A stretch of 63,051 bases of DNA, the filler included, from Chiloscyllium plagiosum (Eukaryota), in assembly GCF_004010195.1 (NCBI RefSeq). It is 4 parts of one record of this genome, joined end to end, with 100 filler letters (N's around TTAATTAATTAA, not from the genome) between each part and the next. Parts side by side here need not be neighbours in the genome. Positions count along the whole stretch, not along the records: positions 20,752 to 33,374 come from NC_057714.1; positions 33,475 to 58,189 come from NC_057714.1; 2 more parts are not named here. One strand, 5' to 3'. Of this stretch, positions 25,774 to 36,805 are shown piece after piece (the stretch's first letter is position 1; every line of letters starts with the position of its first letter). Under the pieces are notes generated by a model that saw only the letters and a program-made list of their open reading frames with translations, was not told where the DNA came from and did not search any database. The position numbers were made by a program, and so were the translations under genes.

Positions 25774-28700
25774 TTCTCCCCTCCCCGCACCCCCCCGCAC
25801 CCCACCCCCGCACCCCCCCACCTCAAACAATGTTTCTCTCAGGCAGCGCATTGCAAATGGCAATTCACCGTCTTTGGGAAAATAAAGGAATGTTCCGGAA
25901 TGTTGAAACGGTGAGTCCGCTCAGCCTCCAGTTTGAACTGTACCCTTCCTCCCGCATTGGAGTTGACCATTTAGTTTCCCAACTCCATTATTTATTTGTA
26001 GCTGCCACCTATAGGAAGACTCCAGGTAGTGTCCCTGCCTCTGAGTCAGAGGGTCTGGTTTCAAGTCCCACTCCAGGATTTGATGGCCCAGGAGTGCATT
26101 GCCTGTGGGGGTTGGGGGGGGCAGGTTCAATGGAGGCATTCCTTCAATAGTTATGGCACGGTGGCTCAGTGGTTAGCGCTGCTGCCTCACTGCGCCAGGG
26201 ACCTGGATTCAATTCCCGCCTCAGGCAACTGTCTGTGTGGTGTTTGCACATTCTCCCCGTGTCTGAGGGTTTCCTCTGAGTGCTCCGGTTTCCTCCCACA
26301 GTCCAAAGATGTGCAGGTCAGGGTGGATTGGCCAAAGGAAATTGTCCATTGTATTCAGGGATGTGGAGCCTTTCCCTACTTCAGGGACCCACCCCTGACA
26401 AAGCCTGTCCACAAAAATATGGCTCAAATGCAGGAAGGGAATGCACACAGAAAGATCCCAGAACCAGAGAGGGTCAGTTTCTGAGTACTGATTGGAGAAG
26501 GGCCTGTTTCCACATTGTGCTTCTCTCAAACAATATCATGCGACCTTTCACATCCTGCAGCGAGGACGGGCTGAGGGAGGAGGGTGCGTGGGGGTGAACA
26601 CACATCCTCTGGCTGTGCCTCACTGCAACCCGCATTAGATTAGATTAGATTACTTACAGTGTGGAAACAGGCCCTTTGGCCTAAAAAGTCCACTCTGACC
26701 CTCTGAAGAGCAACCCACCCAGACCCATTCCCTTACATTTACCTCTTACCTAACACTACGGGTAATTTAGCATGGCCAATCCACCCTAACCTGCACATTT
26801 TTGGATTGTGGGAGGAAACCCACACAGACACGGGGAGAATGTGCAAACTCCACACCAACAGTCACCCGAGGCAGGAATTGAACCCAGGTCTCTGGCGCTG
26901 TGAGGCAGCAGTGCTAACCACTGTGCCACCGTGCCACCCAGGGATAAATATAGAGTAGGGGAATGGGTCTGTGTGGGATACTCTTCGGAGGGTCAGTATG
27001 GACTTGTTGGCACTTTCCTCATTCCTGAAGAAGGGCTTATGCCCGAAACGTTGATTCTCCTGTTCCCTGGATGCTGCCTGACCTGCTGCGCTTTCCCAGC
27101 AACACATTTTCAGCTCTGAAGGGCCTGTTTCCACACCGTAGAGATTCTATGTCAATACCATATTCCTACATCCTCCCCTTGCTGTCTTTAAAATCTCTTT
27201 CTTGAATTTATTCAGTGACTTGGTCTCTACAGTCTCCTGTGGTCGAGAACCCCTCACTCGCCTCTGAATGAAGAAATCTTTCCTCATCTCAGTCCCAACC
27301 GGTCTATCCCCAATCCTGAGACTGTGTCCCCTGGGCCTAGACCCCTCACCCAGGGGAAAGATCCTCCCTCTGACTACTCTGTCCAGCGCTGTTAGAATTT
27401 TACACGGTCCAATCAGATTCATCTCATCCTTCTAAACACGAGTGAATCTGAATGAACTAGGAGCAGGGAGGAGGCCATTCAGCTCCCTAGCCTGCTCCAC
27501 CATTTAATACCTTCAAGGCTAATCTTACCTCATCCCCAATTCCACTTTCCCGCCCGCTCTCCATATCTCCTCAAACTATTGCTCATTCAAGATCTGTCTA
27601 TCGGCTCCTGAGATTTACCCAATATCCCAGCATCCACCCCACACTGGGGGAGTGCATTCAACAGGTTGATGAGCCTTTGAGAGTAGTAATTTCTCCTCAT
27701 CTCTGTTTTTATTCTGTTACCCCTTATCCTAAAACTATGACCTCTCGTTCTACATTGTCCCACGAGGGAACATTCCCTTGATGTCTACCTTGTCAATACC
27801 CTTTAGCATCTTAGATACCTCAATTAGACGTCCTCGCTCAATCTCGCTCCAGAAGACAGACCACCCCCCCCCCCCCCCCCCCCACCCATTTCTGGAATCG
27901 ATCGAGTGAAGGGGATTGGCGGGGCCTGTAGCTCACTGGGTGACCCACACGTACCGCCAAGTCTGACTCTCCAGCGTGGGATGCAGGCGGGCACTGCCTG
28001 AGGATGTGCGTTCACCCCCAAACAACCCCCCCTCCCCCAGCCCACCCTCACAGCGGGGTGTGAAAGGTCCTACAATACTGCCTAAGAGAAGCAGAGTAGG
28101 CAGATCTCCCCAGTGTCCTCCAGTCAGTACTCATCTCTCCGAAACTGACCCGCTCTGCTTCTGGGATCTTGCTGTGCACATACCCTTCCAGCATTTGAAC
28201 CGTACTTTTCTCGACAGGCTTTGTCAGGGGTGGGGAATTTGAGGGGGGGTTCCTGAAGTAGGGAAAGGCTACACGCCAAGGCAACTTTTTCTCACACTCA
28301 ATCCTAACACCTCAAGCATCGGAGGCTGAGGGGTGACCTTATAGAGGTTTATAAAATCATGAGGGGCATGGATAGGGTAAATAGACAAGGCCTTTTCCCT
28401 GGGGTAGGTGAGTCCAGAACTAGAGGGCATAGGTTTAGGGTGAGAGGGGAAAGATATAAAAGACACCTAAGGGGCAACTTTTTTACACAGAGGGTGGTAC
28501 GTGTATGGAATGAGCTGCCAGAGGAAGTGGTGGAGGCTGGTACAATTGCAACATTTAAGAGGTATCTGGATGGGTATATGAAGAGGAAGGGTTTGGAGGG
28601 ATATGGGCCGGGTGCTGGCAAATGGGACTAGATTGGGTTGGGATATCTGGTCGGCGTGGACGGGTTGGACCGAAGGGTCTGTTTCCGTTTTGTACATCTC

Positions 28701-28777
28701 TATGACTCTATGAGCTCCACACGCTCCCATCACGGTTCCAAGGCCATTTCCAGAACTCACTTTTGCAAGTAGTTGAC

Positions 28778-29470
28778 CACACCCACAGACACACACACAC
28801 AGACACACACACACAGACACTCACACACACAGACACACGGTGACACACAGACACACACACACAGACACATACCCACACAGAGACACACACAGACACACAC
28901 ACACAGAGATACACACACAGACACACAGTGACATACAACACACAGACACACACAGTCACACACAGACACACACAGTCACACACAGACACACACAGTCACA
29001 CACAGACACACACAGTCACACACAGACACACACAGTCACACACAGACACACACAGTCACACACAGACACACACAGTCACACACAGACACACACAGTCACA
29101 CACAGACACACACAGTCACACACAGACACACACAGTCACACACAGACACACACAGTCACACACAGACACACACAGTCACACACAGACACACACAGTCACA
29201 CACAGACACACACAGTCACACACAGACACACACAGTCACACACAGACAGACAGACACACAGACACACGAACACACACACACATACACAGACACATACACA
29301 GAGACACGCACACACACACAGACACACACACAGACAGACTCACAGAGACACACACACTCACACAGACACACTCACGGACACACTCACACAGACACACACA
29401 CACTCACACAGACACACAGACACGCACACACACACACACACACACAGACACACACTCACACACACACAGA
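28778..29470. repeat. CA-rich microsatellite with a perfect 20-bp core (cacagacacacacagtcaca)n
   Basis: Directly visible; perfect array at about 28941-29240. Confidence 0.97.
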
Positions 29471-31057
29471 GAACATTGGATGATTTGAGTGTGAGGGTTT
29501 GAGTGTAAGGTGAAGCCTGAGAGCAGCTCTTGGACATGGGGCAGATGTTTACAGAAAGGCCCTTTCACCTCCTCGATACAGGATGATGTCAATCGACCAG
29601 GGAGGAAGTGGGAGACCTGGTCTAAAGACTACTGCAGTCAAACTAGGCCAGTGTTGTGTTGACAGCTGGGACATTGTGGACAGTATTGGGCCTGTTATCC
29701 CAGGAAAGATATATCGGCATCGGAGGCGATCCAGCTATGGGCCTGTCTGGTGAGGAGAGGTTGAGGAGGTTGGGCCTGTACTCGCTGGGGGTTGCAAGAA
29801 TGAGAGGTGACCTTATTGAAAGGTACAGGATACTTCGAGGATTTAACAGGGTAGACACGGAAAGGGTCAGAGGAAGGAGTCACACATTTAAGATGAAGAT
29901 GAGGAGCAATTTCCTCTCTCAGAGGGGAGTGAATCTGTGGAATCCTTTTCCCCAGAGAGCTGTCGATGTTAGGTCATTGAGTATATTCAAGGCTGAGACG
30001 GACAGAGTTTTAATCTGTGAGGGTTATGTGGAAAGGGCAGGCCAGTGAAGTTGAGAATTATCGTGATCTCATCGCATGGCGGAGCAGAATCGTAGGGCCG
30101 AATGGCCTGCTTCTGTTTCAACATCCAACGGTCTTACTGGGCACACGCTGAAAGGTGGCTCCTCAGGAACGAGAAAGTGGATAGAAGGTTCCGGAGTATG
30201 TGGCAGGGGACAGCATCAAGGACGGGTGAACCCCGACTGCCCCTCCCCCCACCGTAGCGGGACCGCCCCCGCCCGGGTCGGGAAAACGGAGGAACGGCCT
30301 CCACCAACCCGCTACAGCGCTGGAGGCCGGAGGTCAGAGGTCGCAGCTTGGCGGCTTTGGTTAGATTTTGACCTCTGAATCGGGGTTTCACAGGGTCATG
30401 TCCCCTTGCCCGGAGACTCAGTCAGGTACACGTGGAACAGGGTCATGAAGCGCTGAGGGAGGGCTGCACTATCAGAGGTGCCATTGTCTGATTGAAGTCA
30501 GTCTCCGCCTGGGTGTGTAACATCCAAGAGCCACCGTTCGGTATAAGAGATGGTGAGAGATTCCTTCACCACCACATCTCCCCCCACCCTCCCGCCCAAT
30601 GTCTTAGGCCCCTGTTCATCCCCCGAGCTAAAAACAAAAGAGATTCTTCTGTCGTTGGTTAAATTATTGTGTTTGGAGCTTGCTGTGTGTAAGTTGCCTG
30701 CCAGGATTCCTCACTTTCCACCAATAAGTCACCTTCCAGAGTATGTCAATGGCTGAGGTCAAAAGGTAAAGAGGAGGCGATGGCCTAGTGGTATTATCTC
30801 TGGAATGTTAATCCAGACACCCAGGTAACATCCTGGGGACCCAAGTTCAAATCACGTCACAGCAAATAGTGGAATTTGAACTCAATTGAAAGAAAATCTG
30901 GAATGAAGATTCTAATGATGACCACGGAGCCGTTATTGGGGAATACCCACCTGGTTCACTAATGCCCTTGAGGGAAGGAAGCTGCTGTCATTACCTGGCC
31001 TGGCCTACATGCGACTCCAAACCCACAGGTTGACTCTTAAATGCCCTCCAAGCAATT

Positions 31058-31410
31058 AGGGTGGCGCGGTGGCTCAGTGGTTAGTACTGCTGCCTCACAG
31101 CACCAGAGACCGGGGTTCAATCCCCATCTCAGACGAATGTCTGTGTGGGGTTTGCACGTTCTCCCCGTGTCTGCGTGGGTTTCCTCCGGGTGCTCCAGTT
31201 TCCTCCCACAGTCCAAAGATATGCAGGTCAGGGTGGATTGGCCATAGGAAATTGCTCATAGTGTTCAGGGAGGTGTAGGTGAGGTGCATTAGTCAGGGGT
31301 AAATATGGAGTAATAGGGGAATGGGTGTGGGTGGGATACTCTTCGGAAGGTCGGTGTGGACTTGTTCGGCCGAAGGGCCTGTTTCCACACTGTAGGGATT
31401 CGATGATTCT
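31058..31410 (+). mobile_element. HE1-type V-SINE nested in an older SINE (host about 30775-31470)
   Basis: Full head-to-tail HE1 sequence. Confidence 0.85.
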
Positions 31411-32107
31411 TGGGCTAGGCACCAGATACAGCCTGGCCAGTGACACCGTCATCCTCTGACTGAATAAAGGGGGAAATGAAAGGTCATGGAATTGTTAGGG
31501 CCATGGGGAAGCTCAGTTGGCTTATCGTTCCTGTACTAGCTCTTTGACCAAAGGCAATGGTGTGGGATAAAGGCAGGTTGCTGCAGGCAGGATGGAAGAG
31601 GATGTTGGAGATCACGGGCAGTGGGATTGAGGTTGGGAGGTGGGGGGGGGGGGGGTGAGAGGCCTGAAGGCTAGGCCACACAAAGACTCCGCACCCAGAC
31701 CCATGAGGGGTCAAAGCACCTTGGAAGGAAGTGTTGGGGAACTGCACGGTATCCACGATGGGAGGGAGATAGGGAGTTTACCGGTGACTCTCCTTCAGGG
31801 CTGGGCTCAGACGCCTCATCCCAAAGGAAGGCCATGAACCTCACCACCAGCGCGGCATCCCACTCGAGCCCCCCGGGAGCTAAAAGGAGGAGGGGTGGGT
31901 AGTGTAAATCCTTCTAGATCTGCATTCACAACTCCCTCATCTTCCTGAGCCAACATCTGCAGGGAGGAGAACCTTAGACAATTCCCCACCCCCTCACCCC
32001 AGAACCTCCCCCCACCCCTCCAATGGGTTTGAGTCTTGTTTGTTAGTCCCTCTGAAAGTGGTTGCCTCTCATCCCCCACCCCTTTCTCTCTCTCTCTCTC
32101 TCGTATC

Positions 32108-32287
32108 TTATTTCGGCTTCATCTCCATCCGGGCGCTGTCGTCTTCTCCCTCCACGTCATAGTCTTGGATCTGGCCGCTAGTGAGCACCGTGAGGCGCTC
32201 AGACAGGTCTCCGAACCGCGAGGTCAGAGCAAAGTCATAGACAAAGGCGGCAGTTACTCCTCCGATGATGGGGCCCACCCAGTACAC
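32108..32287 (-). CDS. aqp1: Aquaporin-1 last coding exon (59 aa + TAA: VYWVGPIIGG...DYDVEGEDDSARMEMKPK)
   Basis: Long polypyrimidine tract and ccag acceptor; 180 nt ending in TAA. The WVGP motif and C-terminal R.EMKPK are characteristic of AQP1 rather than AQP0/2/4/5. Confidence 0.95.
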   Translation of the reverse strand: MYWVGPIIGGVTAAFVYDFALTSRFGDLSERLTVLTSGQIQDYDVEGEDDSARMEMKPK

Positions 32288-32669
32288 CTGGAGGGAGAAA
32301 CAACCAGAGAGAGAGATAACTGAGGGGGTGGAGAGAGACCAGAGAGGGCACAGACAGAGAGAGCGCAGAGAGGGCACAGGGAGGGAACAGAGAGGGAGCA
32401 GAGAGACAGTGGAGAGGGAGAGCAGACAGATTGGAGAGAGGGCAGAGAGAGAGCGCGTGGAGAGGGAGCAGAGAGGGAGTGGAGAGAAGGTGGAGGGAAA
32501 GTGGAGAGGGAGCAGAGAGAGCGCGGGAACAGGGCCTGCCCCGGGAGGTGTGATGCGTTGAGGAGAGGTGAATGGACTATATGAAATCGGCAACGAGAAG
32601 GAAGGGTGAACTCTGACATTGAGCATCAGTGGGAAATTAATGAACACTCAGTCAGGGTTCTCACATTAG

Positions 32670-34665
32670 TGTGACAAAGTGTGTGCGTGTGTGTGAGTGA
32701 ATGTGAGAACGTGTGTGACTGTGTGAACGTGTGTGATTGTGAGTGTGTGTGAGAGTGAATGTGAGAACGTGTGTGACTGAATGTGTGTGGCAGCGAGAGT
32801 GTGTGTGACTGCAAATGTGTGAGTGTGTGAGAGTGTGGGACTGTGTGTGACTGTGAGTCTGCAGGATCTTCAGTGTATGGATAAGTGTGTGTTAGTGAGT
32901 CCAAGTATGACCATATGCTGTTATATGTGTCTGCATGTGTTGTATATGACAGAGTATGTGTATATGTGACTGTGTGTGTGAGAGATAGTGTGTGTCTGTG
33001 TGAATATATAATTGACTGAGTGTGAGCTTGTGAGTTTGAGAGTGTGAATGTGTAAGTATATGAGTGGGTGCATGAGTGTAAATGTGTATAACTGAGTGCG
33101 TATGGTTGTGTGTATAAACATGCAAATATGTGAGTGTGTAATTATGTGTATAACTAAGTGTGTACATGTATAAGTGTCTAAGTGTGTGTAAATGTAAGTG
33201 TCAGTGTGTAAGTGTTTATGAGTGTGAATAGGTGAACGTGTACAAATGTCAGTGTGTCAATGTAAGTGTGAGTGTGTCAGTGTAAGTGTGTGTGTCAATG
33301 TGAGTGTCAGTGTGTTAGTGTCAGTGTGAGTGTGTCAATGTCAGTGTGGGTGTGTCAGTGTAATTGTGAGTGTGNNNNNNNNNNNNNNNNNNNNNNNNNN
33401 NNNNNNNNNNNNNNNNNNTTAATTAATTAANNNNNNNNNNNNNNNNNNNNNNNNNNNNNNNNNNNNNNNNNNNNGTGTCAGTGTGTGTGTCAGTGTCAGT
33501 GTCAGTGTGAGTGTGTCAGTGTCAGTGTCAGTGTGTCAGTGTGTGTCAGTGTAAGTGTGAGTGTGTCAGTGTCAATGTCAGTGTGAGTGTGTCAGTGTGT
33601 GTGTCAGTGTAAGTGTGAGTGTGTCAGTGTCAATGTCAGTGTGAGTGTGTCAGTGTGTGTGTCAGTGTAAGTGTGAGTGTGTCAGTGTCAATGTCAGTGT
33701 GAGTGTGTCAGTGTGTGTGTCAGTGTAAGTGTGAGTGTGTCAGTGTCAATGTCAGTGTGAGTGTGTCAGTGTGTGTGTCAGTGTAAGTGTGAGTGTGTCA
33801 GTGTCAATGTCAGTGTGAGTGTGTCAGTGTGTGTGTCAGTGTAAGTGTGAGTGTGTCAGTGTCAATGTCAGTGTGAGTGTGTCAGTGTGTGTGTCAGTGT
33901 AAGTGTGAGTGTGTCAGTGTCAATGTCAGTGTGAGTGTGTCAGTGTGTGTGTCAGTGTAAGTGTGAGTGTGTCAGTGTCAATGTCAGTGTGAGTGTGTCA
34001 GTGTGTGTGTCAGTGTAAGTGTGAGTGTGTCAGTGTCAAAGTGTCAGTGTGTGTGTCAGTGTGTGTGTCAGTGTCAGTGTGTGTGTCAGTGTGTGTGTCA
34101 GTGTAAGTGTGAGTGTGTCAGTGTCAATGTCAGTGTGAGTGTGTCAGTGTGTGTGTCAGTGTCAGTGTGTGTGTCAGTGTCAGTGTCAGTGTGAGTGTGT
34201 CAGTGTCAGTGTCAGTGTCAGTGTGTCAGCGTGTGTCAGTGTAAGTGTGAGTGTGTCAGTGTCAATGTCAGTGTGAGTGTGTCAGTGTGTGTGTCAGTGT
34301 CAGTGTGAGTGTGTCAGTGTCAGTGTGTCAGTGTGTGTCAGTGTAAGTGTGAGTGTGTCAGTGTCAGTGTCAGTGTGAGTGTGTCAGTGTGTATGTCAGT
34401 GTCAGTGTGAGTGTGTCAGTGTCAGTGTGAGTGTGCCAGTGTGTGTGTCAGTGTCAGTGTGTGTGTCAGTGTCAGTGTGAGTGTGTCAGTGTCAGTGTAA
34501 GTGTGAGTGAGTCAGTGTCAGTGTCAGTGTGTGTGTCAGTGTCAGTGTGAGTGTGTCAGTGTGTCAGTGTCAGTGTCAGTGTGAGTGTGTCAGTGTCAGT
34601 GTGAGTGTGTGTGTGTCAGTGTGTGTGTCAGTGTCAGTGTGAGTGTGTCAGTGTCAGTGTGTGTT
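32670..34665. repeat. GT-rich simple-repeat tract in aqp1 intron 3, including a 58-bp higher-order unit
   Basis: The gtaag landmark recurs every 58 nt (aa at 33611, 33669, 33727 and onward). Confidence 0.93.
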
Positions 34666-35072
34666 TAAATGTTAATGTTGATTCGTTCTTCTGAATTATT
34701 ACCTCCCTCTAGTGGTCAGGTTGAAAAATGCTGTGACCAATCTGAAAATTGGGAGCTGCGAGAGACCTTCATTGTCTCATGGGATGTGAACATCACTGAT
34801 TTGTGAGATAGCTTTAACTGTCCTTTAATCTGTTGCCCCTTGTCCTTCTAGAAGGAAGTGGCGATGGGTTTGGAAGGTGCTGTCTGAGGATCTTCGGTGA
34901 ATTTCCACAATGCATCTGGTCCGCACTGCTGCGACTGAGCGTTGGTGGTGGAGGGGGTGGGTGTTAGCGGGTGTGGTGCCAATCGAGCGGGGCTGCTTGT
35001 GTGTCCGAGCCAAGGCATCCAGTACCACATCCGACTGCATCGAGATCATTGGTTAGACATCCTGCAACTCAC

Positions 35073-35153
35073 CCAATGGTCTTTGAAGTTGCCGGTGATG
35101 ACAGCAGGTCCGAAGGATCGGGCAGGATTCATCCCACAGCCAGTGAAGCCAAT
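35073..35153 (-). CDS. aqp1: Aquaporin-1 coding exon 3 (27 aa: [27 protein letters not shown])
   Basis: ctcag acceptor and gtgag donor; 81 nt. Contains the second NPA motif, the ar/R arginine and the TGCG cysteine typical of AQP1. Separated from exon 2 by a 129-nt intron. Confidence 0.96.
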
Positions 35154-35282
35154 CTGAGAACAGCAGAGAACAACATGGGCATTAGACCACTTCATGGCCA
35201 GCCATGGCCACAATTACACGATTAGCTGCAGAGTCAGTGCCCGAGGAAACAGACCAACCAGCATCCGGCTGATGTCACTCAC

Positions 35283-35447
35283 CGCCATTAGGTGACCGAT
35301 AGCAACCGAGAGACCAATGGCCAGAGGACCAGAGCCAGAAAGATCCTTTCTCCGTTTATCAGTTGTCGCAAAGACACAGAGAACGAGCTGGAAGGTGATG
35401 ATAATCTCAACACCCAGACCCTGTGCTGGGGTAACTCCTTCTGCAAG
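35283..35447 (-). CDS. aqp1: Aquaporin-1 coding exon 2 (55 aa: [55 protein letters not shown])
   Basis: Flanked by a tttcag acceptor and a gtgag donor on the - strand; 165 nt, phase 0/0. The MIP-family helix motifs ([34 protein letters not shown]) and the 55-codon length match mammalian AQP1 exon 2. Confidence 0.95.
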
Positions 35448-35580
35448 CTGAAAGACATAGGAAGGGCAATGACATGAAATTCTCAACCAGCAAGGATATC
35501 GAACAGCCAATCAGACTGGACCCACAAATCTGCACCACACCCCAGACTCCCTACTCCCCGTCTGACCCTCAATATTAACG

Positions 35581-36805
35581 CTGACAGTGCAGCACTTCCT
35601 CAGCACTGACCCTCCGACAGTGCGGCCCTCCCTCAGCACTGACCCTCCGACAGTGCGGCAGTCCCTCAGCACTGACCCTCCGACAGTGCAGCACTCCCTC
35701 AGCACTGACCCTCCGACAGTGCGGCACTCCCTCAGCATTGATCCTCTGACAGTGCAGCACTCCCTCAGCACTGACCCTCCGACAGTGCGGCACTCCCTCA
35801 GCACTGACCCTCTGACAGTGCAGCACTCCCTCAGTACTGATCTTCCGACAGTGCGGCACTCCCGCAACACTGACCCTCCGACAGTCCAGCACTTCCTCAG
35901 CACTGACCCTCTGACAGTGCGGCATTCCCTCAGCACTGACCCTTTGACAGTGCGGCACTCCCTCAGCACTAATCCTCCGACAGTGCGGCACTCCCTCAGC
36001 ACTGACCCTCCGACAGTGCGGCACTCCNNNNNNNNNNNNNNNNNNNNNNNNNNNNNNNNNNNNNNNNNNNNNNNNNNNNNNNNNNNNNNNNNNNNNNNNN
36101 NNNNNNNNNNNNNNNNNNNNNNNNNNNNNNNNNNNNNNNNNNNNNNNNNNNNNNNNNNNNNNNNNNNNNNNNNNNNNNNNNNNNNNNNNNNNNNNNNNNN
36201 NNNNNNNNNNNNNNNNNNNNNNNNNNNNNNNNNNNNNNNNNNNNNNNNNNNNNNNNNNNNNNNNNNNNNNNNNNNNNNNNNNNNNNNNNNNNNNNNNNNN
36301 NNNNNNNNNNNNNNNNNNNNNNNNNNNNNNNNNNNNNNNNNNNNNNNNNNNNNNNNNNNNNNNNNNNNNNNNNNNNNNNNNNNNNNNNNNNNNNNNNNNN
36401 NNNNNNNNNNNNNNNNNNNNNNNNNNNNNNNNNNNNNNNNNNNNNNNNNNNNNNNNNNNNNNNNNNNNNNNNNNNNNNNNNNNNNNNNNNNNNNNNNNNN
36501 NNNNNTCCCTCAGTACTGACCCTCTGACAGTGTGGCACTCCCTCAGCACTGACCCTCTGACAGTGCGGCACTCCCTCAGCACTGACCCTCTGACAGTGCG
36601 GCAATCCCTCAGCACTGACCCTCCGACAGTGCTGCATTCCCTCAGTGCTGACCCTCCGACAGTGCGGCAATCCCTCAGTACTGACCCTCTGACAGTGTGG
36701 CACTCCCTCAGCACTGACCCTCCAACAGTGCGGCACTCCCTCAGCACTGACCCTCCGATAGTGCGGCACTCCCTCAGTACTGACCCTCCAACAGTGTGGC
36801 ACACA
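35581..36805. repeat. 33-bp minisatellite (cagcactgaccctccgacagtgcggcactccct)n in aqp1 intron 1
   Basis: Directly visible on both sides of the gap at 36028-36505. Confidence 0.95.

Noticed and set aside
32288..32647. N-terminal 120 aa of the 179-aa ORF 32108-32647
   Set aside because: It is intronic CT-rich low-complexity sequence upstream of the exon 4 acceptor.
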